From positions 121,706,001-121,770,000 of the forward strand of contig OX597814.1 in the NCBI GenBank assembly GCA_951406725.2: a DNA stretch of 64,000 nt, written 5' to 3'. Under the pieces are notes generated by a model that was given only the letters and a program-made list of their open reading frames with translations, did no database searches and was not told where the DNA came from. This DNA is from Octopus vulgaris (Eukaryota). Positions 39,701 through 55,321 of this stretch are shown one piece after another (position 1 is the first letter of the stretch; every line of letters starts with the position of its first letter). The position numbers and the translations under genes were made by a program.

Positions 39701-42700
39701 TAGACAGACACCCGCTCAGAGGAATCGACCAAATATTTGAAGGACGAAAGATGACATTGGTGAGGTTTGAAATCTGAACGCAGAGAGCTGGAACAAATCC
39801 CACAAGGCATTCTATCCAACGCTCTAACAGCTCTGCTAATACACCGAATTTTGTTTCATTAATTAGTTTACTTCAAGTTTTTGAAAGACAGCGAGTAGCA
39901 ATGTTTTGGAACATTAGAGCAAGCAGCTCTATTGATAGGGAACATATCAGAAAACCATTCAGGCTATACATGACATTTTGCCCCCAAAGAAAAAAGAAAT
40001 TACTCTTTAGATTTAAAGCTCTGTTTTCCATCACGTTTCTCTCAAAATAAAAATTGAGCGTTTAGGATTATTTCTGCGAGGTGAACGATCAAATCAGCGA
40101 TAACACAGATGGTATTGAGATATTGTAAGACGATTTTTCTGCTGAAGTTACAATTATAATCACTATCTTACAATCAATCTATTGATAAAAGACTGCATTA
40201 TCGAATGCAGCTCTGTTGGATGTCTTCTTGACAAAAATAACAGCTGGATCAAGATGAGAATCTAAATGATTTCTTCCCTGAATAATGCCATTATGAAAGC
40301 AAAAGATATAATTTGCCTTTACACTATCTTAATTAAAAGGTGGTAAGTTAATTTTTAAATATCGATAGCGTCTTATATTAATCTGTTGCCGAACTATGTG
40401 AAGGTAAGCGTTATGTTGGAAATGGATGACTATTGATTGTAAGAGTATTTATTTCCTAAACACTTATGAATAGACAAAACATAGCACGTACTTCCTACAT
40501 CTTTTGAAATGCATTTATTTTCTCTCGAACATTTTCACTGCATGTAACAAATGAACAGAAGCTAAATCTTCATGTATTGATTTATGTTCTTTGACATGGG
40601 GACTTTTTGTTTCTTTGTTTGTCCCTTTTTATAAAAGAAGAATATTCCATAAAACTAATCCTAAACTATTATACTATTTTTGCTATCACTGAAGGCGAGT
40701 GAGAATCAAATTCTCCTCAACATTTAGACAGAATTCAGAGAAATCAAACATAAACATTTTAACTCTTGTGCTGCTGCATTGCTTCCATAGTAAAACGATT
40801 ATATTGCCAATCTTCAGGTCTAGGTAATATGAACTTATTTTGCTATTTACATCCTATTTCATGGATACTAAACATATAATATCTGAAGAACTTTGCTATC
40901 TTTAGTCTAAGATGTCAGTTCAAAAATTTGCTTGTGTGTCATTATATCTTAACGCCAACTAGTTACAGAGTGTACCGGGTGATTTTGCGTTGTAGTATCA
41001 CCAGTGCTTTTTATATGGCACCAACACCATGCTTTTTTACGTGGGGCCAGCACTTTCTACGTAGTAACACGGATAATTCTGCTCAGTCTCCTCTAAACCC
41101 GATATCTATTGAAAGAAATTAAATATCGTGGCTCACATCGAACAATAGTCTGTCAAGTAATAAAGCTAAGCAAGCAGCATTTTTTGTTGTTGCTTCAATT
41201 GATGAGGATGTATGTAACCCACATTAGTTATATGAACTTAAAGTGTTCTGTCGTATATCATAAAGATGACATGACAAATATTGCCCATACGTTGATTTCG
41301 ACATTTCAACGTGGAAAGACAGGCCAAATAAATCGACTGTATGTAAACTAACCGCTTGGGTATCATTAAAATGTGTAATCAGAAAGACATATTACCCACT
41401 TGAAATTATTGACAAACTAATAAGTTTTGAATACGTAAGAACATTACGTTGAAAGGACAATTAGTTATTCTTCAAGCATTTTATAATGTAAGTTCTTATT
41501 ATAATGCTGAAATTTTTGATTTCTGCCTGGTATCAGTTTGAAGAACAAAAGATCGGTCAGCGAGATTCAAGATAGCTAATGGAGTCGCTGCTGGAAATCA
41601 TATCATTCTCGCTTTCACCAGACATTATTTCACACGAACATTAAATTCAGCTGGATAGATATTACTAATTAGTTCACAGCGCACGTTCCAATATCGAATC
41701 GTCCGGTAAGAAAATTTCAATACATTTTGCCAGTATAATAAACACAGCCTCCAGGTCGGCAATCGTATTGTGACGATTAACATTTTCTCAATGTATCAGA
41801 GAAGCTCGTATAGAAATAGGAAGTCATCAAACATTCCGTAGACAAATGGAGAACGCAATGCGAAGCCAAAAGACAAAAATCAGCAAAGTAATACAAATAT
41901 AAAAAAAAGACTGCTGAATTGTCATTAAAAAATCTCATGTTTTCTTAAATCCTCTACCATTAATACGATCAAATGCGAACTATGTTGTGAATAATTGCAG
42001 TGTTGATTTGTGTATGGTTATGTTAGTCATGCATATTACAGCGGAATCACTGTACAAATCTCACTTTATTTCAATACAGAAATTTAGGGTGACAATTATT
42101 CATCGTAGGTCTAACTGTAAAGTTTCATTCAGAATATTGATCCATGTTTTATAGATATTTACTGGGCTGTGCTGTGGTCAGTTGGATTAAGAACTTAATG
42201 CTTTCCATTCATAAGGCTTAAAAGAATGTAATTTATTTCTGCTATTGTGTCTTACTGCAGTGAGTGAACACAGCACATCAAAGTGAAGCAGTAATCAATC
42301 GCACAACTAGTGACAAAACCCTGAATGACCATCAGCAGTATATAACAATTGAGGCCGTACCAGTCCGTATCGATTTCTCTCTAGTTAATATGTACACTAT
42401 GAACTTAGCTTTTACTCATACCGAAATAGGCGAATTTTCATTTCTTAAATGCGCTTGTTTGCAAAAATAAATCTTGTAACACTCGCACACACACAAATAT
42501 ACACACAGCCACGCACGCACACACACACACACCCACACACATATATGCTGTATAAATTTATTCGCTCAGAAATATGCAGAGAAGTCAAGTTTTTCGGAAG
42601 ACTAAGTAGATGCAGGTTTCTGTCTGCCTCCTTTCATTACTCTGGTATCCAAGCCAGTCGACATTAAAATACTGAAATTCTTCTGATTCCAAACAAAATT

Positions 42701-43353
42701 TTAATATTCAGAGTATTGTGTATTCTCGTAACCGTGATTTTACTTATGTGGTCAATCTTTCCTCTTGAAGAGTGAAAATGGATTAATCACTATAAATGTA
42801 AATAGTTTTCACAGAATTTCTCTTGTCAATAGAATTTGTAAACCGAAACACACGAGTTTATGACTTAATATTTGAAACTAACATACGACATTAAAAGAGA
42901 TATTAAGTTGCTGTTTACAGAATGGGTTAAAATTAAAACATTTTCAAGCCGAGATGTCACGGTTTAATAGTGAAATTTATTAACTTGTCATGATAAAAGT
43001 GTCTAAGATTTCTGATAAAATTATTTCGGAATCTGTGAGAAAAGTCAGCAAGTAAGAAATTGAATTTGACAGCGTTATAAATTAAACCGATACGCTGAAA
43101 TCTAAAAGTTAAGAAATAAAATTAAAAGATAATAAAAAAGTTATAAGTCATATATATATATAGGTTGAAGTAATCAATAGCAATGGAAATATTTAGTGGT
43201 CATAAGGCTTTACTTTCAATGTTTATGGCAGTTACATCGAGCTCAATATATTGAATAGCGTAAAACACAAAAATACTTTTCTGAAAAATGTTGTTTAGAA
43301 AAAAGTGATGTCGGATTTACTCGAGGTTAATTTGGTTTCGGTTTTAGAGTTTA

Positions 43354-43734
43354 CTAGCAGTATCGCTCGGCCTTGCTGGTGTTTGTTTTCTTTTCTACCC
43401 TTTAGAATTGGAATTTTTGAAAAGTAAAAAAATTGCATTATATAGCTTGTTATTCTCTTTGAGTGAACATTTTTCTGGTTGAAATACACCGAAAAATGGC
43501 GACACAGCAGTCAAAAAATCGTAAAAAATAGGGATTATCATACGAAAATCATTTTTTTGATGTAAATAATTTTTGGTGTTAACATGGTCCGATTTGAATG
43601 CTTTCTTCTACGGAAGAAAAAGCATACTTTCAATTTTGGTCAACTTGCGCCGCAGGGTCTCGGAGGAGATAGTGTTAGTTGAAAGCTACCAAATCTGCGA
43701 TACACAGACAACGTCAGCTTTATATATAGAGAGA
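43354..43734 (-). mobile_element. Non-autonomous Helitron, second copy
   Basis: Colinear with 17985-18372 over its whole length, with the same TC...CTAG termini. Confidence 0.8.
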
Positions 43735-44552
43735 TATAGTGATTTCTAATATTAGCACGGGGGACCAAAATCTGGGAAAGTGCATAGTGAAGGAATTCGG
43801 TCCCAGTATTTGACTGGTCGTGTTATTTTATTCTTACTGAATGAAAAAGAAAGCGAAAGTACAAAAATGTCATGCATGAACAAAAAGAGGCATTTCGTAC
43901 AACGTTTGAACTACTCTGGCCAATGCATACCTTTAGTGAAACTGTTATGTGTGTATGAGTGTGTGTGTGCGTGCGTGTGTGTGTGCGTGCGTGTGTGTGT
44001 ATGTGTGTGCGTATATGTGCGTGTGTGTGTGTAAAACACAGGATACACAATCTCCCAGTGTACGAAATTTTCAATGAGATTTTGATTCTTAACCGAAATA
44101 TTTCCCTTTATCTCCATTATAAAGAATCTTATAATTTACTAATTATTTGGGAGGAAAAAGGAACATTCTACATTCCTTTTACATGCCTGGGGAGATTGAT
44201 ACAGCTAAAAAGCATATGCAGAAACATATTCAGGAAAAGCTTGAGCGGACGAGGCCTGTCCGGATATTTCTGGATCGAATGATTGCAACACTATAAACTA
44301 AGAACTACCAAAAAATATCTTGGTATTCTTTTTCTAATACTCAGGACAGCATTGGTTAGGTGTCTTCAAAAACATAATATCCTTTGATCGTACCAATTTT
44401 AACAGGCATTTTATCTCAGATTCTTGTATCAAATATGTCGCATCTGGGTATTAATGAAATTTTAATGTAGTTTTTTTAAAATATTCGGATAGGTTTCCTT
44501 ATAAACCAGCCACTCAGAAGATTCATGAGACAACGTCTTATTCTTTTGTTTT

Positions 44553-44808
44553 CTTTTATTCATTTATTTGTTTCAGTTATTTGACTGCTGCCATGTTGGA
44601 GCACCGCCTTTAGTTGAGCAAATCGACCCCAGGACTTATTCTTTGTAAGCCTAGTACTTATTCTATCGGTCTCTTTTGCTGAACCGCTAAGTGATGGGGA
44701 CGTAAGCATAACAGCATCGGTTGTCAGGCGATGTTGGGGGAACAAACACAGACACACAAACATATACATACATACACACATACACACACACATATATATG
44801 TGTGTGTG

Positions 44809-44854
<46 letters not shown>

Positions 44855-45019
44855 CACGACGGGCCTCTTTCGATTTCCGTCTACCAAATCCACTTACAAG
44901 GCTTTAGTTGGCCCGAGACTATAGTAGAAGACATCTGCCCAAGGTGCCACGCAGTGGAACAGAACCCGGAACCATGTGGTTGGTAAGCAAGCTACTTACC
45001 ACATAGCCATTCCTACGCC
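44553..45019 (-). mobile_element. SINE family A
   Basis: Full-length reverse complement of the family A sequence. Confidence 0.85.
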
Positions 45020-45335
45020 TATTACTGGAATTTTATTTCAAATTGCATAAAGTTCAAAGATTTTGTGCTGCGCAAATGGAAACCTGCATTTGTTAATTAC
45101 GTAAGGAGTTGAAAAAGTAGGACAGCAACAGATTGAATATTTTAAACTTTAATTTTCCCCTTCAGATCTGATTTCACTTCTAGAAATTGTCTTTACTTCA
45201 CAACTTCCAAATAAGACAAAATTACACTCAGTTTGAAAGATTTTAAAATGAAATCTTTGTGCATTGCTAAAGGAAATCAGCTCTAATATATTATTAATCA
45301 CTCCATAATTAAACTTGAAGCTAATGAATTATGAA

Positions 45336-45765
45336 GACGCGGGTGTGGCTGGGTAGTAAGAATCTTGCTTCCCAACCACATGGATCCTGGTTCAATCGCA
45401 CTGCATGGGCAAATTTCTCTTCCTATAGCCTCGGGCCGACCAAGAGTTTGTGCGTGGATTTGGTAGACGGAAGCTGAAAGAAGCCCGATCTCTATATATA
45501 TATATATATATAAATATGTGTGTGTGTGTGTGTGTGTGTCTGTGTGTCTGTGTGTGTATGTATATGTTTGTATGTCTGTATTTGACCCCCACCTCCGATT
45601 GACAACCGATGTTGTGTTTACGTCGCCGTAACTTAGCAGTTCGGCGAAAGACACCGATAGAATAAGTACCAGGGTTACAAAGAATAAGTCCTGGGTTCGA
45701 TTTGTTCGACAAAAGGCTGTGCTCCAGCATGACTGCAGTCAAATGACTGAAACAATTAGAAAAAG
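45336..45765 (+). mobile_element. SINE family A
   Basis: Full-length copy, head-to-head with 44553-45019. Confidence 0.85.
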
Positions 45766-48551
45766 AATTGGAAAATGTAATTTGTATGATGATAAATACA
45801 TATCAAGCGTATGTTCCTGTGTCTTTATGTGTGCATATTTGTTCTTCAAACTATACAAGCCTTGTTATACATAATGTATATATTCCGTTGTGTTCTTTTC
45901 AGGAAGCTACATATTCAATCGCATAAATTAAACCTTTTGCATTTTTTAGATATTATTTCCAGTGTAAAATAAAAAAAAAATCGAGGGTTATTTTTCCTCT
46001 TAATATTCTATGAAAGTGTGAACAGATTTTTTTCGAACATAACAGTAATATATTATAAATTGAGTACAATATCTTGGTTGGTGAATGGGCAGATTTGTTA
46101 GAGAGTCGGATAAAATGTATGGCAGAATTAGTTAGGGCTCTTCAGATTAAGACTTCAAATTCCACCTCTGTTGATTTTAACTTGTGTCAATAGAATTCAC
46201 TGCTACTCTTTTTTATGTATAAATCCGTTTATGTATAGCAATTGTTTGTGTATAACGCTTGTGTATAACATCTGTTTAGGTATAACTACTTATTTTCGTA
46301 CAACTCTGATCAACGAACGCCAAACAATTTCATCTATACAAACATACTCGTATGAATAAAAAGAGATTTTTGCCTTCGGTGTGATATCTGAGCGGCAATT
46401 TACCGAACCGTTTGGGAAAAGCAAAAATTAAGCGTTACAACACAGTGAAACCTGGGACTATATCTAATTTATGTAGGATGCTATTCAATTTTGATCGATC
46501 TAAAGTGGCTAAAAATGTCGATAGGCATCGCGTGGTGGGGCTGCTGAACTAAGCTGATTTAAGAAACACTTCCGTATATTGTCCAGTGATATCATTTTGG
46601 TAGCAGTGGTCAGTGGCAGTCAATCGGAACTGTTTACTATTGTATCGTAAAGAGCTCTTCTCGTTTCTTTTTTCGATCTTTTCTTTTTTGGATCTCTTTT
46701 GAATAAGTAATATTCAGGAAGAAAGTGAAGTATTAACAGAATCCTACGTCAATCAGAAGACGGTGGAATTAAAACTGGATATCTATAGAGAAAAGTCAAT
46801 GCAGATATGTCGTCTCCGCTGATCCAGAATTAGTGTTTCTTGAGGTTTAATGGGCCGAGCTTATAGACAGAATAATTTGCAGTGTTTTAAATTTTAGGTA
46901 AAAGTCTATACACTCACATACACACTCACGCGCACACATGGACGTACACTTCATAGATATTTATGACTTGTGCTACTGAGACGAAATTCCTTTACTACAT
47001 ACTCGTATGTGAGGAAAAGAAAATATCAAGTAAAATAGTTTTTTTTTAAACGGGTAGTGTCTACTGTCATAACCAACCATAAAACTTTCTTTATAGCGAG
47101 ATTTATTGTTAGATATCAAATAACAAGCACATGCAAAAAGATCAAAATCTCAGAAGAGATACACATCTGTGCAGTTGGTGTTTCTCAGAACTGGAGGATT
47201 AAGTGCCTACAATAGATGTATGATATATTTTGCAAAATTTCAATGTGGCTTATACACAGTGGTGGTATGGTGGGACTTCGGTTGAGTTTTCTAAAGTGAT
47301 ACTATATATTGTCAAATAACTGAAATGTTTATAAAGACAACCACAATGAGAGGGAAATTGATATTGATGCAACGTTCCAAAATGTTATAACATTAACTGA
47401 ACTTAAGTTTAGGGAACAGATATTATTGTTCTACAATGCACTAAATATTCAAATTTCCTCAATCAAATAATACCATAACAGAATCTGAGTGAATATAGTA
47501 ACCCAAAAGCCTCAGCTTTAGTGAGAGACAAGAAATAAATGCGAACATTACGTTGCTCTGAAGTGTGATAGTTATGTAAAATGTAAAATAACTTCAATGA
47601 GAATTACAAATAAGGCCATATTTTCGAGCTTATCACGAGCATACTTATAGTGTAAATTATTTAATTTGATATTTCTCTCGGCGGTGGAGTGGCAGAAACA
47701 TCCTTGTGATATTCATTTACAATTATTTGCCTTTTGGTTTCAAATTTCACCATAATCGACGTTTCTTTTCAAAATACCATACAACCAGGAAGTAGAGTGG
47801 GCCGATATTAACCGTCTCTATTTAGCCTAAATTATAAGGATTTGTATATAATGTTGGAAATCAGTACTACCCTCACCTTGGTTTATAGATTTAGATTAAA
47901 ATCATGACAACACTCATATGTCGGTTGTTATTTAAGTAAAGAGTAAACTTTGCCATTTATCCATTCCTTTATCATTAGCCGATCACTTTGGTAGACATTG
48001 TGCCTAATTAAGAATCGAATATTTGTTAAATGGAGGCAATCTTTGTAAAATGATAAAGTATTACGAAAAATGTTTACTGCCATATGATTTCTGAATTTAT
48101 GATCTTAATTTATTCCTGCGCTGAGGTTAAATTTCCATTTTGCCATTGTGGTTCACGTTGACAAAATATCTGCTGCCAATACTGTAGAATCAATTCAATA
48201 CTTTATATATTCAACTATTTTTTCTTTTTATTTTGTATCATCATTTCATTTAAAATCTAGCCGAATAGATTTAACCTTTCATCTTTCTTCATTGCAGGAT
48301 AACAAGTAATGTTAATACAGTGTCTGGTTGATATAGAGTACGTCTCAATAGAAAACTGCTTGCATAGAAATGCAAAATAGTAAAATAGTTTAACATTGAA
48401 AACTTACCGTCAAAAGACAGAAACTGTAGACGCTGAAATCTTGAATATGTGAGAATATGGTATGAGAAAGAAAGAAGACAGAGACAGAGATATAGAAAGA
48501 AGGTAGCAGACGAGACAAAACTAAAGTAAGAACGAAATACTGACGACTTAC

Positions 48552-48662
48552 TTTAATCGTAGACATTATCTTTGTGTTGTTTATTTCAATTATTGTTTTG
48601 TCCATATCTGGGGGACGTTCCAATCTAATGTCGAGCCCTGTTTCATCAGTCCATTCTCCTAT
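48552..48662 (-). CDS. iGluR exon, ATD-S1 linker
   Basis: 111 nt, tttcag|ATA...AAA|gtaagt. Reads IGEWTDETGLDIRLERPPDMDKTIIEINNTKIMSTIK (IG-x-W motif, then the first S1 strand). Phase 0/0. Confidence 0.92.
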
Positions 48663-51600
48663 CTGAAAGATCAAGCAATGTTGTATGTGAAAGATGATGC
48701 CTTTCAGGACTCTAATCATAATAGTTCAAGAACGAAGTTAACAACAACGTTACCAACGATACGGACATTTTAAAACAATCTCAATAAATAAATATTTGAT
48801 GAAAGATAATTCGGTATAATATTGTTGAAAAGGCTAACGGTAACAATATTTTTGATACTTAGATCCGTAACGGTGTATTAGAAAGTTGTGGCATTCATAC
48901 TCTTGCTTCAAGAACATTAGAATCAATAAGGAAATGGTTGAAAGACTGTAATAGACACAGAGTTTCTAAGAACTTGCAGCCACATAATATCACCCTTCAC
49001 ACTAATTTTAAAGTTGATGATAGTAATAAAAATATAGATTCTCAAGAAACAGTATATTATACTGGAAAAGTTTCTTTTCTGTTCAACTATCCATCATCAC
49101 AATTGCGGCAATAAAAATGACTAAAGAGTAGATTTCTAAAAGAAAGCATTCGAAAATGGTGGACATAGTAAAAATTACATCAATATGTAACTGCAAATTC
49201 GATATCTAGAGAAAAGCAAACAACACGAATAAGATGTTAGAAAAAATTAGAGGAACGTTATTGGCAGAGCAATCATACAGACAATTTCATCCTCACTTAA
49301 CAACTATCTGTCAAATTAGAAAATGTCAAACATAAATCTAGCAACTATGTTTTTAAATAAGAGATGTCAATTATAATTGCTATTAGGAGCTTTGCTTCTG
49401 ATTCTCATAAACCTATCATCATTTCTCTCAAGATAAAGAAACGATTGTTGAGATGAATTTATCGCCCTTACTCATCATTGCTATGATTATTCTTGTCATC
49501 ACCAGACTACCCGCATAAAATAGATTATTTTGCGCAAATAATATATCTTTACAGTATTGGCAAAATTTCTGAATTATGTGTGTGTGTCTGAATGTTTGCA
49601 TGCACCTAATATATGTATAATGTGTATGAGAATCGTATGTGCGCGCGTGTTTGAGTACGTATGAGAGAGGTTGTCTCATCGCCTGCGCGTGTGTTTGATA
49701 TATGTGTATTATTCAGTTCGTAAATTAATCTAGTGAAAAATGCCCAGCTCACAGATATAGCCCTTGCAGGCGGAATCCTGCTGGTAAAGTAATGTGTTCA
49801 ATATTCAGTAGAAGATTACGGCAGTAAATATATTTTGTATATTTAGAAATATTAGAATTTTTTTCTGAATAGACATTGAAAGAAGGACAGGATGTTTATG
49901 AAAGAAGGACAGGATGAAAAGTTTGTTATCAAGTTTAACTTGAAACCCATGTAGCTAGGTCAAGCGTATCTCAGTCTGCAATATGAGAATCGCATTCTCT
50001 CGAAGGACATCATCATAAATAACAATCAATTTTGCTTCCATCGAGAATTGAACGTTTATGAATTAGTTTAGCCGATTGCACACAGTGCAAAAGTTATACA
50101 ACAATTTTGATCAGTTTGGATAAGATTTTACGCAGTGGGAGAAATGAAATCTTACGTTTCGAGGCTGTCCCTTCTTGGTTTGAGAGAAAAAGTATAATTT
50201 TTTTCTCTCTCGCAGACAATCTGTCCAAAATATCAGAATTCCTGTCACCTAATGAGATACGAATTTATCTATCGTAATGAAATAAATGTTCGGTACCTAG
50301 TTGTCGATGTGAAGTGTCATTTATATGATGGCGCCTGTGCATATAATTATTGGTGTTTATATAACTTTTTTTTTTTAGATTAGCAGATTTCTATTTGGTA
50401 AATTCATAAGAAATGTAAGGAATAATGTATTTTGTCTCTTGCTTTGTTTTGTTTTTATTTTTAGTTTAGCGAGATGAGATAAGCAATCTACAGCCTCAGT
50501 ATAAATATTATTGAATAAAATATTATTGAGTTAAATAGAGGAAGGAAAATATTTATAATGATACAAAATAGGATTTCCTATTGCACATCAATACTTCATA
50601 CAAATCTAACGGTAAGTATAATATTTATACTTAAATACTCCAATTGTAATAATCATAAATTAAAAATAGTTTAACGTATGTAAATATAATTGTTATAATA
50701 AGGAAATGGAATTAAAATAACTCAATAATAATATTGCGATGTCAATGTATAAGAGAGAGGTAAGAAAATCGAATACAAACATGAAGGACATTTTCAAGTC
50801 CAATACATGATTCTACCGAGTTACAAATGCCGTTAATAATATAAAATTAGTTTCCTATATTAACTTACAATATGAAAATCTTACATTGAACCTCGAATAT
50901 ATTTTTCTATAAATAATTCGATATTATCCTCTGCACGATACCAGAAATAAAATTGATATCAATTTTATTTCATACACGAAAGTAACATGAAAGAAGGGAA
51001 ATATTTCAAGTAACGTGTCATAAATAGTATATCGTAAAAGTTTCTGTTTAATTTATAAACTCTAATGTAAGCTTTTGTGTACCAACACTCCAACAAAATT
51101 AATTGACAATAAAGATTTATGTATTATTTTTGATTAAAAGAACGAAAGATCACTTATTAGGAAAGACGCCGTCAACAACTTTTGCACATTCAGCCTTAAA
51201 ATATCTTACGTCACTAACATAATCTCTACTGATTCTATAAGTGATACTTTTAAATTAAGCAACATAAATCCATTTTTTCTTAACAGAGCATATTTGAACT
51301 CTCCATAGCTTTTAAAAGTCACGATAGTATTAGCAAAAGCATCTACTAGGCAGTCCCTTATTATGATAAATATTTACAGTATAGTAACTTCAAAGACGAA
51401 ATTACGTATTCACTTTATTTTCTGCCCTTAAAAAGAGAAGGTGTGTCAACCAAATGCATTGCTCTTTCCTCAATGTAAAATCTAATTGAGCAACATTTTT
51501 CATAATTATAACAAGCACTTCACTTCCATAACACAAATATAGAAAATATTTTAACAATCAGAATCTAAAACAATCTACATTTATATCAGAAACATGGAAA

Positions 51601-52505
51601 ATATAATTTTGCACATCCACTATCAAAACCGAAGAGCCATACATTCAAAACTCCAAATATATTACCACCATGCAATGTGGGAGCCGTGATGTATGACGCA
51701 GATGTCACTTCTATAAGATCCAATATGGAAGTGACATATAAGCGTTACACAGTCATGGCAGAGAAGTTGAAGCAAAGAATTTTTTAAATTATGCATCCTT
51801 TAGACAACTAAAAGTCAAAACAAAAAACACAGCGTATAAAAAATTCAGAAAAGATTTCTGGTTATAATCTCATATGGAAGATCACAGCAATGTTCAAACA
51901 TTTCACAACTGAAAGGAAAGGGTGTAATGTGTGTATAACAGGAAATGAGAAAAGTTCCTGAAACATTCTCAACCAGGGTCTCAAATTCAACAACAGACTA
52001 GAGATATTTCCGAAGTGCAGATCTAGATATTTTAGAAATGCATTCGGGAAAATTACTAATGTCCAGGCAAGTAAATATCGCCATCTTCAACAGAGTTAAT
52101 TAAAACTTATTAAATTCTAATATAGTTTCAAGTCAGGTTTTCTTCATATTTTCTCCTACTACTTCTATTTTCTCCCTTCTCTCAACTCTCTACCTTTTTT
52201 AAAGTTTATAATCAACATCTCCCCAGTCATTGTTTAATTTCCTTAAAATCACATCCTAATTTATCATGCCTCAATTTCACTTGAAATTGAAAACAGGCAA
52301 TATCATAGTTCTCTTGATTTCCCCACCGCAACCAGATGGGATGTTTGACGAACATATTTTTCGTATTGAGATAGTGTCTAAAGTCCTTCTGGTGACGTTG
52401 ATCGCCTGGGGCTAAAAGCATCAGTAACACCCCCCCCCCAAGTGGCTAGCCACATTCAGATGGCTAATACACCTTACGTTATTTATAATTGTTTATTAGT
52501 ATATG

Positions 52506-52905
52506 AAGCGTGGCTGCGTGGTAAGAAGCCTGCTTCCCAATCACATGGGTCCGGATTCATTCCCACTACATGGCATCTTGGGCATGTATCTTCTACTATA
52601 GCCTCGGGCCGACCAAAGCCTTCTGGATGGATTTGGTAGACGAAAACCGAAAGAAGCCCGTCTGATATAAACAGGTATATATCTATGTATGCGTGTCTTT
52701 GTGCCTGTGTTTGTCACCCACCACCGCTTGACAACCAGTGTTGCTGCGTTTATGTCCCTATAACTTAGCGGTTCAGCGAAAGAATAGATATGGTAAGTAT
52801 TGAGTTTTAAAAAAATAAATCTTTGGGTCGATTTGTTCGTTTAGGGCCCTTCAAGACGGAGCCTCAGAATTGTTGCAGTCAAATGAATGAAACAAAATAA
52901 AAGAT
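52506..52905 (+). mobile_element. SINE family A
   Basis: gtggctgcgtggtaag...ctatagcctcgggccgacc...gcagtcaaatgaatgaaac. Confidence 0.8.
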
Positions 52906-54491
52906 ATGGGAATTAAGATGAAGTGTATAGGGTCAAGTTACGTTCCCCTAGATTTCCGTATAAATAAAAAGACATTACTCTCTTTTAAGTATAGAGTACA
53001 ACATTTTGCCATTCCGTGTTGTACAGCATTTCAGCCGTTGTTCAACGGTTTCAGTAGTATCTTAGTTTCCCTACGAGAAGAGATTTTTAAAGTATTTTCC
53101 TAAACCTACTACTTTTCTTCAGAAATATCTGAATGGTCCCTCACGACCCTTCTTACAGAAAAGTATAATCGATATAAAGAGATAAAGAGATTTTTCTTTT
53201 CTTTCTTTCTAGATAACTTAAAATGATTCTAATACATTAGTTGAATAATGCATTAGATAAAATGCATCTTAGTCAAATTGAATTTCTACGTACAGGATTT
53301 GCGAAAAATGAAGATGAAATGCTAATAAACAGAGAGGGAAAGAGAAAGAGAGTGGGGCAGACAGATAGACTGATGCACAGACGACAAATAGAGATTTGAT
53401 AGACTTCGAAAGGTAGGAAGATATTTACATAATATATGCATACGCATATACATAAATTCACATGTGAACTCATACATACATTCAATAATTCAAAGCTACA
53501 CATATTCTAACATATAGAAAGATATTCAGACAGACAGGTGCATATACGCACACACACACATACAACCAAATATGCACACATAAATATATATGTATACACA
53601 TTTACAGGCATATATATGTATATAACGAAGTGGTTAAGACATGAAGATGACAGAGAACACAAAGAGAAAAAGAAAGAGAAAGTTGGAAAGAAATTTTGAT
53701 TTTGGTTCTATATGAAAGAAAGTAAATCACGGGTATTAAAGCTAAAAACAGTTCTGGACCACTGTTTTAACCTCTTTGATCATAATAACAGAAACCCCTG
53801 GGGACATAATATCAATGAATGTAGACATTAGATGGACAATTGAAAGCTAAATCATCAAGAACAATTGCAAATGAAGAACCTTCATCTAGTTAAATTTCTT
53901 TTGTCATCAGATTTGAATACTACCGTGCCATCCATCATGATTAGGCCAAATTTCAGACAAATTTAAGTAATGAATGTCTGCAGTGAACGTCTGCAGAAGC
54001 AGAAATCAAAATAACCGAAAGCAATATCCATTATAAATTAGGTGAGTCGAACTTATAAAAACTTTATTGATCAGAGACTGAAACTAAATGTCTGATAACC
54101 TTTTATTTTATTCAAAGATCAATATACAATTGAATATGAGGTAAAAGTTTGTGCCCCTCATAGAATCAAGTAGAGTGGCTTCTTTGCCATTTCAACTCTA
54201 TGTGCTTAAATTCATATATATTTACTTATCACGCGCTGATCTGATAAATAAGGTTTAATATTTTTATTCGTCTTTTTCGTTTGCCTCAAGCGAAAGTTAC
54301 AGGTGTTGACCTTTAGTTGAACTAAGAGAGTGGCTTTTATCCCTAAAGATATGGTAAAATCATAGTAATATGGTATACTCTTTGGAGGATTGAATAGATT
54401 ACCTTGCACTATTCCTTCCGGCTCTCTCCACTCTATATTCAAATATTCTCTAAGTCTAATTTGCGACAAACCTTCCATAGTCGATAGAATA

Positions 54492-54753
54492 ATAAAAATA
54501 TATAAATGCACCCTTTTAAAGCCTAGCCAGGCTCATGGGCTCGGTTTCCCGGTTTCTATGGCGCATGTGTCCCCCAGCTGGATGGGACGACAGTCCATCG
54601 CAGCGTTACTCATTTTTGACAGCTGAGTGGACTGGGGCAACGTAAAATTAAGTGTTTTGTTCAAGAACACAACGCGTCGCCCGGTCCAGGAATCGAAACC
54701 ACAATCTTACGATCGTGATGTTGACACCCTAGCCGCTAAGTCACGCCCTCCAC
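54492..54753 (-). mobile_element. SINE family B
   Basis: 15-bp TSD ATAGTCGATAGAATA (54477-54491 and 54754-54768); A and B boxes present. Confidence 0.85.
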
Positions 54754-55213
54754 ATAGTCGATAGAATACAGTACGAAAACATAAAGTAGGAGACATAAAG
54801 AAGCTTACACCAAAATCTTGCAAATACATGGCCCAAGTAAAGGAACCCAAGCACCATGTGGTTGTGTTTAATGGAGAGATGATTTGTAATTAGCTACACT
54901 TCAACCTAAATTTAGAAGCTTGGTAGTTTAGTATGAGAGATAAGCCAGGCATTAGCACTTGTCTTGTTCATAGTTATTTCGTAGCACAAGAGAGAGGATT
55001 TTTTTTTTTTGTAAAGGTTCTAGTTAGTAGGTGAACCTATTAGGAAACAATACAGTGGATGACAAAACATTTGTAATTTAGAATTTAAAGATTATAGCTA
55101 AACCAGTAAAAAATCGTTATTTTCATCAGTAAATAGAAGATAGTTTGTTAGCAAAAGTCAAAACAATATAGAGTTTCTATGTTAGTGAATTCAGGGTACA
55201 ATGGCATACTTAC

Positions 55214-55321
55214 ATTTTGTAACGGTTTTCCATAACTTAACTGCAACACGTCTAGCTTAACATTCTTTCGTTGAAGGTTGTCGTCAAAGGATACCGTGCC
55301 AGTGAGTCCAGTGAAATTTAC
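55214..55321 (-). CDS. iGluR exon, ATD C-terminal part (absent from the ORF track)
   Basis: 108 nt, tttacag|GTA...AAT|gtaagt. Reads VNFTGLTGTVSFDDNLQRKNVKLDVLQLSYGKPLQN, the conserved F-x-GLTG-x-(I/V)-x-FD...R-x-N-x-x-LD motif. Confidence 0.93.

Noticed and set aside
51590-52130. Possible decayed transposase fragment
   Set aside because: Coding-like composition but no motif I can identify with confidence.
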